From Alphaproteobacteria bacterium (GTDB taxonomy: Bacteria > Pseudomonadota > Alphaproteobacteria > Rs-D84), in assembly GCA_046882065.1 (NCBI GenBank), contig JBKSMY010000005.1, positions 1-55,264 of the forward strand: DNA of 55,264 nucleotides. The letters are read 5' to 3'. Positions 36,917-45,863 of the stretch are shown here, piece by piece. The number at the start of each line of letters is the position of its first letter. Within the stretch, counting starts at the first letter, position 1. Below the pieces are notes generated by a model. That model did not search any database. It saw only the letters and a program-made list of their open reading frames with translations, and had not been told where the DNA came from. The position numbers and the translations under genes were made by a program.

Positions 36917-38138
36917 CTGCGAACTCGATTGATTTTGGTACTCCGTCGCCGGCACGACTGATAATCTGATTATTTTCGTCACGCACAATTGCATATCCAC
37001 GCGACAAAACACTTTTATAAGACAGTGAATTTAACATCTGCCCCAAATGCGCCACCGCCTGATTCAAACTTGCCATACGATTTTGCAACACATTCGGAAA
37101 GCCCGACACCGCATCCATTTTCTGACGCGTCGCGGCCATTTTTGCACCAATAATAACATTCAAAGTACGCGACACATCATCCAACCGTTGGGCCTGTTCC
37201 ATCACGAATTGTTTAGGGCTTTTAATGCTAATAGATTCAATGCGTTGTTTGGCATTTATCAGACGCGTTGTAAAGTTCCCACTTAACCGCACCCACATAT
37301 TATCTAACTCTTGAACCAGCGACAACTTTGTTGGTACAACCGCCTCAGCCGCACCGGTTGGTGTTGGCGCACGATGGTCTGCTGCAAAATCAATCAACAT
37401 CCAATCCGGCTCATGTCCTACACCTGAAATCAAAGGAATATGACTGGCCGCCGCCGCACGCACAACAATTTCTTCTGAAAAAGGCAACAAATCTTCTAAC
37501 GAACCGCCCCCGCGCGCCACAATAATAACATCTACATTATTTTCGCGATTAAAGTACTCAATACCCGCCGCCACTTCGGCCGCCGCAGTCGCCCCCTGAA
37601 CCGTTGCCGGATACAGCAACACATGCACCGGGAATCGTTCACGCAAACGGTTTTGAATATCCTGAAACGCAGCACCAGTCGGACTGGTCACCACACCAAT
37701 TCTTTGCGGCAATCGGGGCAGGGGCTTTTTTCTACTCTCGTCAAACAGTCCTTCGGCCGCCAGTTTACGCTTACGTTCTTCCAGCATTTTTAATATCGCG
37801 CCCACACCAGCCATTTCGATTTCACTTGCCACAACCTGGTAATTGCTGCGCGCAGGATATGTAGTAAACCGCCCAGTTATAATAACTTCCAACCCATCTT
37901 CCAGTTTAAACGGAACGGGTGTGCCACGCCAAATTATCACAGAAATCGCAGCCCCTGCATCCTTAATCGTCATATACATATGCCCCGACGTTGCACGCGT
38001 AATCTGCGACAATTCACCACGAATTTTAATCCGCGGAAACGCCGTTTCCACAACCCCTTTCAGCAGGGCAGACGCATCAGACACACTAAAAATCGTTTCC
38101 CCATTAACAAAGGGTTCTGGTTTCTGCATAACAATCAC
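36897..38138 (-). CDS. xseA: Exodeoxyribonuclease VII large subunit
   Basis: N-terminal OB (FSVSDASALLKGVVE...IKIRGELSQ), RIGVVTSPTGAAFQDI, and ARGGGSLEDLLPF. Confidence 0.9.
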   Translation of the reverse strand: MIVMQKPEPFVNGETIFSVSDASALLKGVVETAFPRIKIRGELSQITRATSGHMYMTIKDAGAAISVIIWRGTPVPFKLEDGLEVIITGRFTTYPARSNYQVVASEIEMAGVGAILKMLEERKRKLAAEGLFDESRKKPLPRLPQRIGVVTSPTGAAFQDIQNRLRERFPVHVLLYPATVQGATAAAEVAAGIEYFNRENNVDVIIVARGGGSLEDLLPFSEEIVVRAAAASHIPLISGVGHEPDWMLIDFAADHRAPTPTGAAEAVVPTKLSLVQELDNMWVRLSGNFTTRLINAKQRIESISIKSPKQFVMEQAQRLDDVSRTLNVIIGAKMAATRQKMDAVSGFPNVLQNRMASLNQAVAHLGQMLNSLSYKSVLSRGYAIVRDENNQIISRAGDGVPKSIEFADGVVQI

Positions 38139-38647
38139 TCTTTTGAATTATTCTTGCGCACAAAATCCATGTAATCCACACCAATAGAACGCAGGAATCG
38201 CACCACAGTATCTTGTGCCTCGCGATCTATTTCGATAGGACATCCCATTTCATACGGCACATGCAACCTATCATAAACATACTGATCATACGTCAAATCA
38301 AAAACCTGACCAGACTTTATATGTTGAACATAATAATGCGGACCATATGCCCACATTTCCCCGATATACATGACACGCCATTCCTCAGGCGCCGCCATCA
38401 ACGCAACAAAAGAACAACTTGCGGCCTTACAAAAACCATATGAATCATACGGAAACAAATGATAATCATTACCAATTGTGCGCGAAAAAGTTGCACGCTT
38501 AACAGATTCCGACTTGAAACTATCACGAAACAACAGCACAAAATTCTTGGCCTGCATACGCGATTGCGTTTCTAATCCCATTGTATTCAATTGGGAAACC
38601 AGCGTCTGTGTCGCTTCTTCAAACAATTGTTCTTTTTGCTTATCCAT
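38135..38647 (-). CDS. Hypothetical protein, possibly YunG-like
   Basis: GFCKAASCSFVALM ... GPHYYVQHIKSGQVFDLTYDQY loosely recalls YunG-type proteins. Weak. ATG at 38647; the track start at 38677 is TTG. Confidence 0.4.
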   Translation of the reverse strand: MDKQKEQLFEEATQTLVSQLNTMGLETQSRMQAKNFVLLFRDSFKSESVKRATFSRTIGNDYHLFPYDSYGFCKAASCSFVALMAAPEEWRVMYIGEMWAYGPHYYVQHIKSGQVFDLTYDQYVYDRLHVPYEMGCPIEIDREAQDTVVRFLRSIGVDYMDFVRKNNSKE

Positions 38648-38680
38648 AACAGAATTTATTATACCACAGCCCAACAAAAA

Positions 38681-39802
38681 TTACAATTCAGTTAACGGCC
38701 AACGTGGACGCGGCGCGATTGGTTCAGTCACCACACGACCCACGCGATAATTTTCCAATCCTGCCCACGCAATCATTGCGCCATTGTCTGTACACAGATT
38801 CATCGGAGGCGCCGCAAACACCATCTTGTTCTTATCTGCCAACTTTTCCATTGCTGCACGAATTGCGCTATTTTTAGCAACGCCACCCGCCACAACCAAT
38901 GTCTTTGGTGCCGCTTCACGCACACGCGAATCCGCCATAGCATTATTCAGTCTGTTAATAATACAATCCACAACCGACGCTTGGAAAGATGCACAAAAAT
39001 CATTTATATACTCGTCTGTCAAAGGCAATTCTGCGCGCGACAAGAACGTACGCGCCGCAGTCTTAATCCCACTAAACGAGAAATCGCACCCCGGCTTATC
39101 ACATAATGGCCGCGGAAAATCAAACGCATGTGGATTACCTGTTGTCGCACGTTTGTCCACAATCGGACCACCTGGATACCCCAGCCCCAGCATTTTCGCC
39201 ACCTTGTCATAGGCTTCTCCTGCGCTGTCATCCAGGGTCTGTCCAATCAGTTCATATTGCCCAACACCCCGAACCAACAGAATCTGACAATGTCCACCAG
39301 ACGCCAACATCAGCAAATACGGAAATTCAACAGACACATCTCCGGCCGCACCATCTGCACGCGTTGCGCACAAACGTGGCACCAACGCATGTCCTTCTAG
39401 GTGATTTACCGCAACCAATGGTTTACCCGTTGACTGGGCGATTCCGGTCGCAGCCATCCATCCAACCAAAACCCCACCAATCAAACCCGGACCTGCGGTC
39501 GCCGCAATAACATCAACATCATCAATTGTCTTGCCCGCTTTGTCCAAAGTTTGCTTTATCACCTGGTCAATTGCCAAGATATGCGCACGCGCAGCCAATT
39601 CAGGCACAACACCACCATACTTTTGATGTTCAGGAATCTGGGAATAAATTATATGCGACAAGATATTACGATTACTGTCCACCAACGCCGCCGACGTTTC
39701 ATCACACGAAGACTCAATCCCCAAACACAGCACAGCATCATCCGAACGCCCGCCACTCAAAGTCCCCATATCCATACAAATTACTTTTTCATCATTATTC
39801 AT
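38681..39802 (-). CDS. tsaD: tRNA N6-adenosine threonylcarbamoyltransferase
   Basis: LGIESSCDETS, VNHLEGH, SGGHCQ, GYPGGP, FSFSGIKT, and GGVAKN blocks. Confidence 0.92.
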   Translation of the reverse strand: MNNDEKVICMDMGTLSGGRSDDAVLCLGIESSCDETSAALVDSNRNILSHIIYSQIPEHQKYGGVVPELAARAHILAIDQVIKQTLDKAGKTIDDVDVIAATAGPGLIGGVLVGWMAATGIAQSTGKPLVAVNHLEGHALVPRLCATRADGAAGDVSVEFPYLLMLASGGHCQILLVRGVGQYELIGQTLDDSAGEAYDKVAKMLGLGYPGGPIVDKRATTGNPHAFDFPRPLCDKPGCDFSFSGIKTAARTFLSRAELPLTDEYINDFCASFQASVVDCIINRLNNAMADSRVREAAPKTLVVAGGVAKNSAIRAAMEKLADKNKMVFAAPPMNLCTDNGAMIAWAGLENYRVGRVVTEPIAPRPRWPLTEL

Positions 39803-40488
39803 TTTATTTCAACCACCGCTATTCCCAAGTTTTGCTTATTTTTCATCCGTTGTGCGACATAGTCCACCATATCAACATCAACGACCGCTCCAAATTCACT
39901 TGACGCATGTCGCAAAGTCCCATTCGGCAACCACAGCCCCATATGCACAACAGCCAAATCTGTCCCTATTGTATCATGAAATTTTGGATTGTCAGCAACA
40001 AACAATACTATCATCGGTTTATCAATTTTAATCCCCGACACATACTTATACGGAACATATTCCAAATCCACCCAAACAGGCGCAACATCCACATCCACCC
40101 CATGAACGACACGAAACCAATTTCCCTTGTCAATCATCACACGCCGAACGGCGGTTGGCGCATACCGTGCACTAACATTTTGCACAACATCAGAATTATT
40201 ATTCAGCCAATCAGATTCTATAAAATGATTACGCGTCAAGAAACCAACTTCGCCGTTCTTGTACCTGATTTGTGTCAGACAACACTCGCACCCGTTCGCC
40301 AACACTGTTTCTACAAACGTAGTACAATCGAACGCATCAAATCGTATCAGCGGATCATCATCTGGCGCAGCGCATTCACCCAACGGCGAATTAACATATT
40401 TGGCCCCCAAATAAGACTGACCGGGGAACTCGGCGACACCGCCACCACACCCGGCCAGAATAATCAGCAATAAAAAACAACGCCACAT
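39799..40488 (-). CDS. Lipoprotein, DUF1460-like (amidase-like fold)
   Basis: Lipobox LLIILAGC. FDAFDCTTFVETVLA resembles the DUF1460 signature. The stop overlaps the tsaD start (ATGA). Confidence 0.5.
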   Translation of the reverse strand: MWRCFLLLIILAGCGGGVAEFPGQSYLGAKYVNSPLGECAAPDDDPLIRFDAFDCTTFVETVLANGCECCLTQIRYKNGEVGFLTRNHFIESDWLNNNSDVVQNVSARYAPTAVRRVMIDKGNWFRVVHGVDVDVAPVWVDLEYVPYKYVSGIKIDKPMIVLFVADNPKFHDTIGTDLAVVHMGLWLPNGTLRHASSEFGAVVDVDMVDYVAQRMKNKQNLGIAVVEIK

Positions 40489-40489
40489 C

Positions 40490-40795
40490 TTATAAATTTT
40501 CTTTTAATTGAATCCCCGTATGACACAACGACACCGCATCACGAATTGCCATTTCGCCGCTGTCGGGCAGGGTAGACATCTTATCGATACACGCGACCAA
40601 CAAATCAATATCTTTATCCGCCCCTGTCAAAATCTGGGCTGCTGACACACGCCGTTCAACAGACGCCGCCCGCCAATCTTTCAGCATTCCTGTTTCCAAC
40701 GTCCCACTACGTTGCGCAAAGAAAAACACCACCAACGCCAGAACCAAAACACCTGCACCAATAAAAATCTTGAAATATTTTTTTACAAAATTCAT
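40490..40795 (-). CDS. Small membrane-anchored hypothetical protein (101 aa)
   Basis: N-terminal TM IFIGAGVLVLALVVFFFA. Tightly packed in the operon. Confidence 0.45.
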   Translation of the reverse strand: MNFVKKYFKIFIGAGVLVLALVVFFFAQRSGTLETGMLKDWRAASVERRVSAAQILTGADKDIDLLVACIDKMSTLPDSGEMAIRDAVSLCHTGIQLKENL

Positions 40796-41187
40796 CTTAT
40801 TCTCTCCGTTTCTAAACTGTTCATGAATTGCGCATATTTACCGTACCGCCTGCGCGCATTTATAATCAAATCCGCATCTGTTATTTGACGGGCTTCTTTG
40901 TTATACACAAGGCGATTTACTGTAATTTTGCTAGGCGTATTTGTGTACCACAAACCATCATTAGTTTTTTCGCAAACAATATCCTTGGCAGACACCTGAT
41001 AAATTGTTTCCCACACAACATGCGGTTCCAGTCCGCACATACGCTGTGATTCTGCCAAAATCTCTTTTGCCTTGTCTAACGTTGCGCACACCCACACCCG
41101 ACAATCTACATCTGACCATGCATTTCCAACACAATGTACGTTATTAGAATTCCCCAACATATACCCGGTCATATTTTTCAATTTCAT
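40792..41187 (-). CDS. Hypothetical protein (131 aa)
   Basis: ATG at 41187 with SD aaggtg, 10 nt after the upstream stop. No motif recognised. Confidence 0.4.
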   Translation of the reverse strand: MKLKNMTGYMLGNSNNVHCVGNAWSDVDCRVWVCATLDKAKEILAESQRMCGLEPHVVWETIYQVSAKDIVCEKTNDGLWYTNTPSKITVNRLVYNKEARQITDADLIINARRRYGKYAQFMNSLETERIR

Positions 41188-41197
41188 ACCCAGCACC

Positions 41198-41545
41198 TTA
41201 CTCGCACTTAACCAGCCACACATCATAGTCCGCATGTTGCAGCGGATTTTGACCTGGCTCATTACGACTCATCCAATTACTGTAAATCCGCCCCTTACTA
41301 ACCTCAGAAATCTCTACAAAGCCCCAAAAGTCCTCGGCATCAAACGGATCTGTCTGCTTACACGAACGCACATTTATAAACAGTTTTTCAAACTGCACTT
41401 CATCACCAACAGGCACCTTAATCTCATGAACCTTACCGGCATCCTTATTCATAATGCGCAGATTTGCAACCGCACGTTCAACATATGCCGACGCCACACC
41501 GGGCAGGGCACAAAACATAACAAAAAACAAAACAAGCTTTTTCAT
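41198..41545 (-). CDS. Secreted DUF2155-like protein (alphaproteobacterial)
   Basis: Signal peptide MKKLVLFFVMFCALPGVASA. LRIMNKDAGKVHEIKVPVGDEVQFEKLFINVRSC ... YSNWMSRNEPGQNPLQHADYDVWLVKC fits my memory of the DUF2155 pattern. Confidence 0.6.
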   Translation of the reverse strand: MKKLVLFFVMFCALPGVASAYVERAVANLRIMNKDAGKVHEIKVPVGDEVQFEKLFINVRSCKQTDPFDAEDFWGFVEISEVSKGRIYSNWMSRNEPGQNPLQHADYDVWLVKCE

Positions 41546-41602
41546 ACCTAACATGATACCCCGCGCACAACAGAAAGTCAATTTATTAAAAAGCACATTT
41601 AA

Positions 41603-41630
41603 TTGACAAACACACTTTGTGTATTATAAT
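41603..41630 (+). promoter_or_regulatory. Consensus sigma70 promoter (TTGACA-N16-TATAAT) giving a near-leaderless transcript
   Basis: ttgaca at 41603-41608 and tataat at 41625-41630. The ATG at 41640 is only 9 nt past the -10 element, and there is no SD. Confidence 0.5.
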
Positions 41631-41639
41631 TTGACTATC

Positions 41640-42560
41640 ATGAAAGATATAACACCGGCTATCCGTCGCAACATCAACAAGGCACTAAATCCCAGATTGG
41701 CTGAACAAGACTATCTGGAGTGCGCTGTATTGGACGCATTATTTCGCGACGAATATATCAATGACAACTTTATATTTACCGGTGGCGCCACATTATCCAA
41801 ATCATACAGTATCGGTGGGCGCATTGGCCGTGACATAGACCTGGGGCTAATAAACTTTGCTGACGTTCCACGCGACCGCACACAAAAACAACTGGGAAAC
41901 TTCAAAAAACGCTTCAAACGCTTTACATTCGGCGAACTGCGCAACAAAATAGCCCAGACAGTAAATCAACACGGTCGCTTTGAAATCATCACAGACCACG
42001 ACTGGCCATCCCCAGAAAACACCGAACGCGTTGCATCTTCACCCGCCTTGCACATGTTGTACAAATCGGAATTTGGCACCGGCCACCTGTGCATCGAGGT
42101 TATGCCACGTCGCTATCGTCCGTCTGCAATAACATATCGCGAACTATTACCATACGCACTTGAAAAAACGTTTGGTGCCATTCCAACTGTGTCATACGAG
42201 CAAACATTCTGGGACAAAGTTTTCGCATTACATTCCAACGCAAACAGCCCTAAACCACACTGTGACAAATCATATTCACGCCACTATTATGACGTTGCGG
42301 TCCTGTCACCGTATATTGACCTGGACCAGACACATGATTTATTGCGCGACACAATTGAATACCAAATTCGTCACACAACTAAAAAGATAGACCTGACCGC
42401 TGCACGCGACGCAATAATAATCCCAGATGACAAAACACTTTATAAATTGTCGAACGATTATTATGCAATGTCAGGCACATTTATCGAACAGCCACAAACA
42501 TCGTGGAACACAGTTGTCCAGATTCTACAAAATCTGAACCAAGACCTGCGGTCTTTATAA
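41640..42560 (+). CDS. AbiEii/AbiGii (DUF1814, MenT-like) nucleotidyltransferase toxin-family protein
   Basis: FIFTGGATLSKSY (GGTAL-like), GRIGRDIDLGL (R.S.D.D-like), LCIEVMP, EQTFWDKVFAL, and SRHYYDVAVL (RDxYD-like). Confidence 0.65.
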   Translation: MKDITPAIRRNINKALNPRLAEQDYLECAVLDALFRDEYINDNFIFTGGATLSKSYSIGGRIGRDIDLGLINFADVPRDRTQKQLGNFKKRFKRFTFGELRNKIAQTVNQHGRFEIITDHDWPSPENTERVASSPALHMLYKSEFGTGHLCIEVMPRRYRPSAITYRELLPYALEKTFGAIPTVSYEQTFWDKVFALHSNANSPKPHCDKSYSRHYYDVAVLSPYIDLDQTHDLLRDTIEYQIRHTTKKIDLTAARDAIIIPDDKTLYKLSNDYYAMSGTFIEQPQTSWNTVVQILQNLNQDLRSL

Positions 42561-42576
42561 AAAAAGGATGAACACA

Positions 42577-43101
42577 ATGGCAAAATTTGTTTTTTCCGAC
42601 CCACACTTTGATTCAGAATCCATTATCAAAAATGGGAAACGACCATTTAAGTCTGTTGCCGAAATGAACGCCACATTGATTCAGAATTACAACGCCACCA
42701 TTGGCAAACAAGACATATGTTATTGGCTGGGCGACATAATGTATGGGGCAACCAAAGAAAAAGTCGCAAACATCCTGCGTCAATTGCGTGGACGCAAATA
42801 CCTGATTATGGGCAATCACGACCGTGGACATTCCGCCACATGGTGGTTGTCATGCGGATTTGACAAAGTATTTGAACATCCAATCTATGATGCTGAAAAC
42901 TATATAATGCTGTCTCATGAACCGTTACCAGAATTTGGCAACATACCGCCAATTGCGAATATACATGGACACATTCATATAATGGGCTACGATTTTACAG
43001 AACATTCACATTGTATAAACGCATGTGTTGAAATGACAAACTATCGTCCCATTCCGCTACACAATCCATTCTTATTACAGCAACGTAAATTCGAGCGTTA
43101 A
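42577..43101 (+). CDS. Small metallophosphoesterase (calcineurin-like, AQ1575-type)
   Basis: FVFSDPHF, RPFKSVAEMNATLIQNYN, YWLGDI, MGNHD, LSHEP, and HGHIH. SD aagga lies 8 nt before the ATG at 42577. Confidence 0.8.
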   Translation: MAKFVFSDPHFDSESIIKNGKRPFKSVAEMNATLIQNYNATIGKQDICYWLGDIMYGATKEKVANILRQLRGRKYLIMGNHDRGHSATWWLSCGFDKVFEHPIYDAENYIMLSHEPLPEFGNIPPIANIHGHIHIMGYDFTEHSHCINACVEMTNYRPIPLHNPFLLQQRKFER

Positions 43102-43127
43102 AAAACCGCCAAACGGCGGTTTTTTTC
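43100..43127. terminator. Bidirectional hairpin terminator (CCGCC-AAAC-GGCGG core)
   Basis: aaaaaa-ccgcc-aaac-ggcgg-ttttttt. Confidence 0.65.
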
Positions 43128-43130
43128 AAA

Positions 43131-45203
43131 TTAAAACATTGGTGGGAAACATTCATCTGTTCCAACGGCACAACACATCAATGCACCATCGCCAACATCT
43201 GTCAGTTCTTCGCCTGCACAACACCCATCGGCATCTGGCGCAGCCCCATCGGCACACGTTTCAATTTCTTCTTCGACTGCGACATCTGTTTCATACTCGG
43301 GCGCGGCCACAAACATTTTGTCATTTTGCGACACATTATAGGCCGGCTTATCCACAATCACATCAATTATAGGCTTAGTTGGTGTCGCCACAACCGTTTC
43401 TTCGGTCAAGAACGGTGATTCCGGTTCCACAGGCACAATCTCTGGTTCTGCGACAACTTCATCTGGTTCTGGGGTCACAGGCACTTCAACGATTGGCGCA
43501 ACTTCTTCTGCGACCTGAACAGGCGTCGCCGGGGTCACAGGAACTGGTTCTGGTTCAACATCAGCAACCTCTGGTTCTTCTAAAACCGGCACAGGTTCAA
43601 CGACTTCCGCAACTTCCTGAACTTGTGGTTCTGAAACCTCAACCTGTCCGATAAACGGAGACGACGCCACCTCTGCCACTTCCGACTTTTCTTCTGTCTT
43701 TTCCACTTCTTCAACAACAGGCGCAGTCTTCGCACCCAACTCAGGCATTGTATCATTTGCAGACCGCTGATAAATCCATAATGTAAATATAGACAACGCA
43801 ATCAACACAACCAGCATCACATAATACAAAACTGTTGGCTTATTACGAACAGGCGTTGCCGTTTCTGTTGCCACACCCGTTATTGGGGACACAGGACGCA
43901 TACCGGATTCAACCGGCGCAGGCGATATTTCCGGCATTGGTTGCACAGATTCCGCAACTGTCTGTGACGGTAAAACATCTGCCACAGGCTGCACATCTGG
44001 CACAGTCGGCATGGTTTCTGGCACAGGCGTCACAAATTCCTGCGGCTGGGGCAGGGGTGCTGGCTCAATCGTTGCCAACAACTCAGAATCTATTTGCTCT
44101 GACGGCAAATTCACCGATGTCAAACTATCCAACACAGGCGACGCAACTGGCACCTCGGGCTGAGACTGCACAGGCGGCGCAAAACTTAGCGGCGCAATCG
44201 GCGCAGATTCGGCATACCCATCATCAGCCGGCAACGCAGGTGTATTGGATTCTGTTGGTAAATTAAAGTCAATCGGCTTAAAAGCAATTTCTTCATCCAA
44301 AAATTCTGGATCTTTGTCAAACAACGGCTTTACTTCATCATCTGCCATTTCTTCCGCCTTTGGTTCTTGGGCTATTGGTTGTTCATAAGGTGTAATTTCT
44401 GTAAATTGAGGCACTTGCGCCATTGGCACAGACGGCTGTTCAAATTCTGCCACATCTGTTGGCATCGGCGCCGCAGGCAACTTTTTATTTTCCGGCATCA
44501 GACCGTCCAAACGCGCCAATATATCACGCGCAACATCTACATCTTCTACTGCCACATCTAAACGTCGTTGCGCACTGCTCAGGCGTTTTTTTGCCCGCAT
44601 CAATTTATCATTTGTCGCGTCTATTTGCGACTCTGTTCTCAAAATTTTGGCTGCCGACTGTTTAGTTGGCTCTTTTCCAACCTCGCGTCGTTGTTCTGTC
44701 AACTTGGCTCGCAGGCTTTTCAGTCGCACCTGTTGTGCATCAATTGTTTCTGTTGTTTTTTCAATTGTTTCGCGTGCGCGTTCTGCAACAATATCTGCCG
44801 CCCCCAAACGTTCCAAGGCCGCACGTCGCGCAGCATCATTACGAAACGCCATCAGGTTCGCCAACGCCCCAGACAAATCACCACCATTATTATAGGCACG
44901 CACCAGATTATCGTATTCTGCCAACCCAGTATATTCAATATCCAGTTTTTGATATTTGTTGTCTTTCTTTGGGCGAACTGTTTCCAAATCGACCGCATAA
45001 TCATTCGTCAATATATCGTCCCACTTGCGGTCACCAACAGGATTTATCACCAATAAAACATTTGGTTTTACATCACTAACAACAAAATCCAACACCACGA
45101 CCAATTTTTGATCGACGTCATAATACGCACGGAACACATTTCCTGCGATATCATAATCAACATAGGTCAACGGCTGATAAAAATTCTCTCTCTCGTATGG
45201 CAT
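43131..45203 (-). CDS. Bitopic 690-aa protein: N-terminal globular domain, coiled coil, Pro-rich spacer, single TM, acidic Pro/Glu/Val repeat region, C-terminal Cys cluster
   Basis: TM VLYYVMLVVLIALSIFTLWIY. Repeats of the EVAEVVEPVPVLEEPEVADVEPEPVPVTP type. The protein ends in CADGAAPDADGCCAGEELTDVGDGALMCCAVGTDECFPPMF. Confidence 0.55.
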   Translation of the reverse strand: MPYERENFYQPLTYVDYDIAGNVFRAYYDVDQKLVVVLDFVVSDVKPNVLLVINPVGDRKWDDILTNDYAVDLETVRPKKDNKYQKLDIEYTGLAEYDNLVRAYNNGGDLSGALANLMAFRNDAARRAALERLGAADIVAERARETIEKTTETIDAQQVRLKSLRAKLTEQRREVGKEPTKQSAAKILRTESQIDATNDKLMRAKKRLSSAQRRLDVAVEDVDVARDILARLDGLMPENKKLPAAPMPTDVAEFEQPSVPMAQVPQFTEITPYEQPIAQEPKAEEMADDEVKPLFDKDPEFLDEEIAFKPIDFNLPTESNTPALPADDGYAESAPIAPLSFAPPVQSQPEVPVASPVLDSLTSVNLPSEQIDSELLATIEPAPLPQPQEFVTPVPETMPTVPDVQPVADVLPSQTVAESVQPMPEISPAPVESGMRPVSPITGVATETATPVRNKPTVLYYVMLVVLIALSIFTLWIYQRSANDTMPELGAKTAPVVEEVEKTEEKSEVAEVASSPFIGQVEVSEPQVQEVAEVVEPVPVLEEPEVADVEPEPVPVTPATPVQVAEEVAPIVEVPVTPEPDEVVAEPEIVPVEPESPFLTEETVVATPTKPIIDVIVDKPAYNVSQNDKMFVAAPEYETDVAVEEEIETCADGAAPDADGCCAGEELTDVGDGALMCCAVGTDECFPPMF

Positions 45204-45223
45204 TTATACTTCCCCAATATATC

Positions 45224-45790
45224 TTATTTCTTCTTTGGCGGCGTGAACTGATAGGCCTGCTTGCAATGTTCATAGCAATACGGTTTACCCACAAACACAG
45301 TTTCACCACAGAAATGAAAATGTTCTGAATCTGGATCACCAATTGGCCAACGACACTGATTAGGCTTCAAATTTGCCATTTCCAACGAATGTTGAATGAT
45401 ACGCTGATGCATTGCCAAACTCTTGGCATTCGCCTTAGAATCCGTCTTCTTAGGTGCGTCCTTCTGCGCTGCAACCTTTGTCGCGGTCTTTTTTGTCGCT
45501 GTTTTAGTTTCTGCTTTTTTTGCGACCGTCTTCTTTACAGTTCCCGCCTTTTTAACTGGTGTCTTTTTAACAGACTCTGTCTTTTGGGCGGTTTTCTTCT
45601 TTGCGTCCACCGCTTTATCATCTGCCGCTGCTGCACCACCAGCCTTGGCATTCCACCCCAGTCGGTTTAACTTACCCACAATTGCATTTTTCGACATACC
45701 CAAACGCTTACCAATTTCAGACGTCGACAACCCCTTACCGGTCAAAGCCTTTAACTTTTTCAGCGTTGCGTTATCCCAACCTTTGCTCAT
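45224..45790 (-). CDS. gcrA: Cell-cycle transcriptional regulator GcrA
   Basis: W....LKKL...GLS.SEIGKRLG.S.NA.VGK..RLG N-terminus and C-terminal CRWPIGDP....F.FCG.....G.PYC..H. Confidence 0.88.
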   Translation of the reverse strand: MSKGWDNATLKKLKALTGKGLSTSEIGKRLGMSKNAIVGKLNRLGWNAKAGGAAAADDKAVDAKKKTAQKTESVKKTPVKKAGTVKKTVAKKAETKTATKKTATKVAAQKDAPKKTDSKANAKSLAMHQRIIQHSLEMANLKPNQCRWPIGDPDSEHFHFCGETVFVGKPYCYEHCKQAYQFTPPKKK

Positions 45791-45863
45791 TTTACAAAAT
45801 CCTTACTATACATTATAATAACAGTATAGCACGCATCCGATTCGAAAGGCAAGGGGGAAAAAC

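Noticed and set aside
36396-36932. 178-aa plus-strand ORF
   Set aside because: It is antisense to the HI0933-family flavoprotein, which has clear FAD-binding motifs.
39907-40473. 188-aa plus-strand ORF
   Set aside because: It is antisense to the DUF1460-like lipoprotein gene, which has a lipobox and start-stop coupling to tsaD.
41619-41639. GTG start at 41619 for the AbiEii gene (track coordinates)
   Set aside because: That start would place the codons inside the -10 element of a consensus promoter. The ATG at 41640 downstream of the promoter is more plausible.
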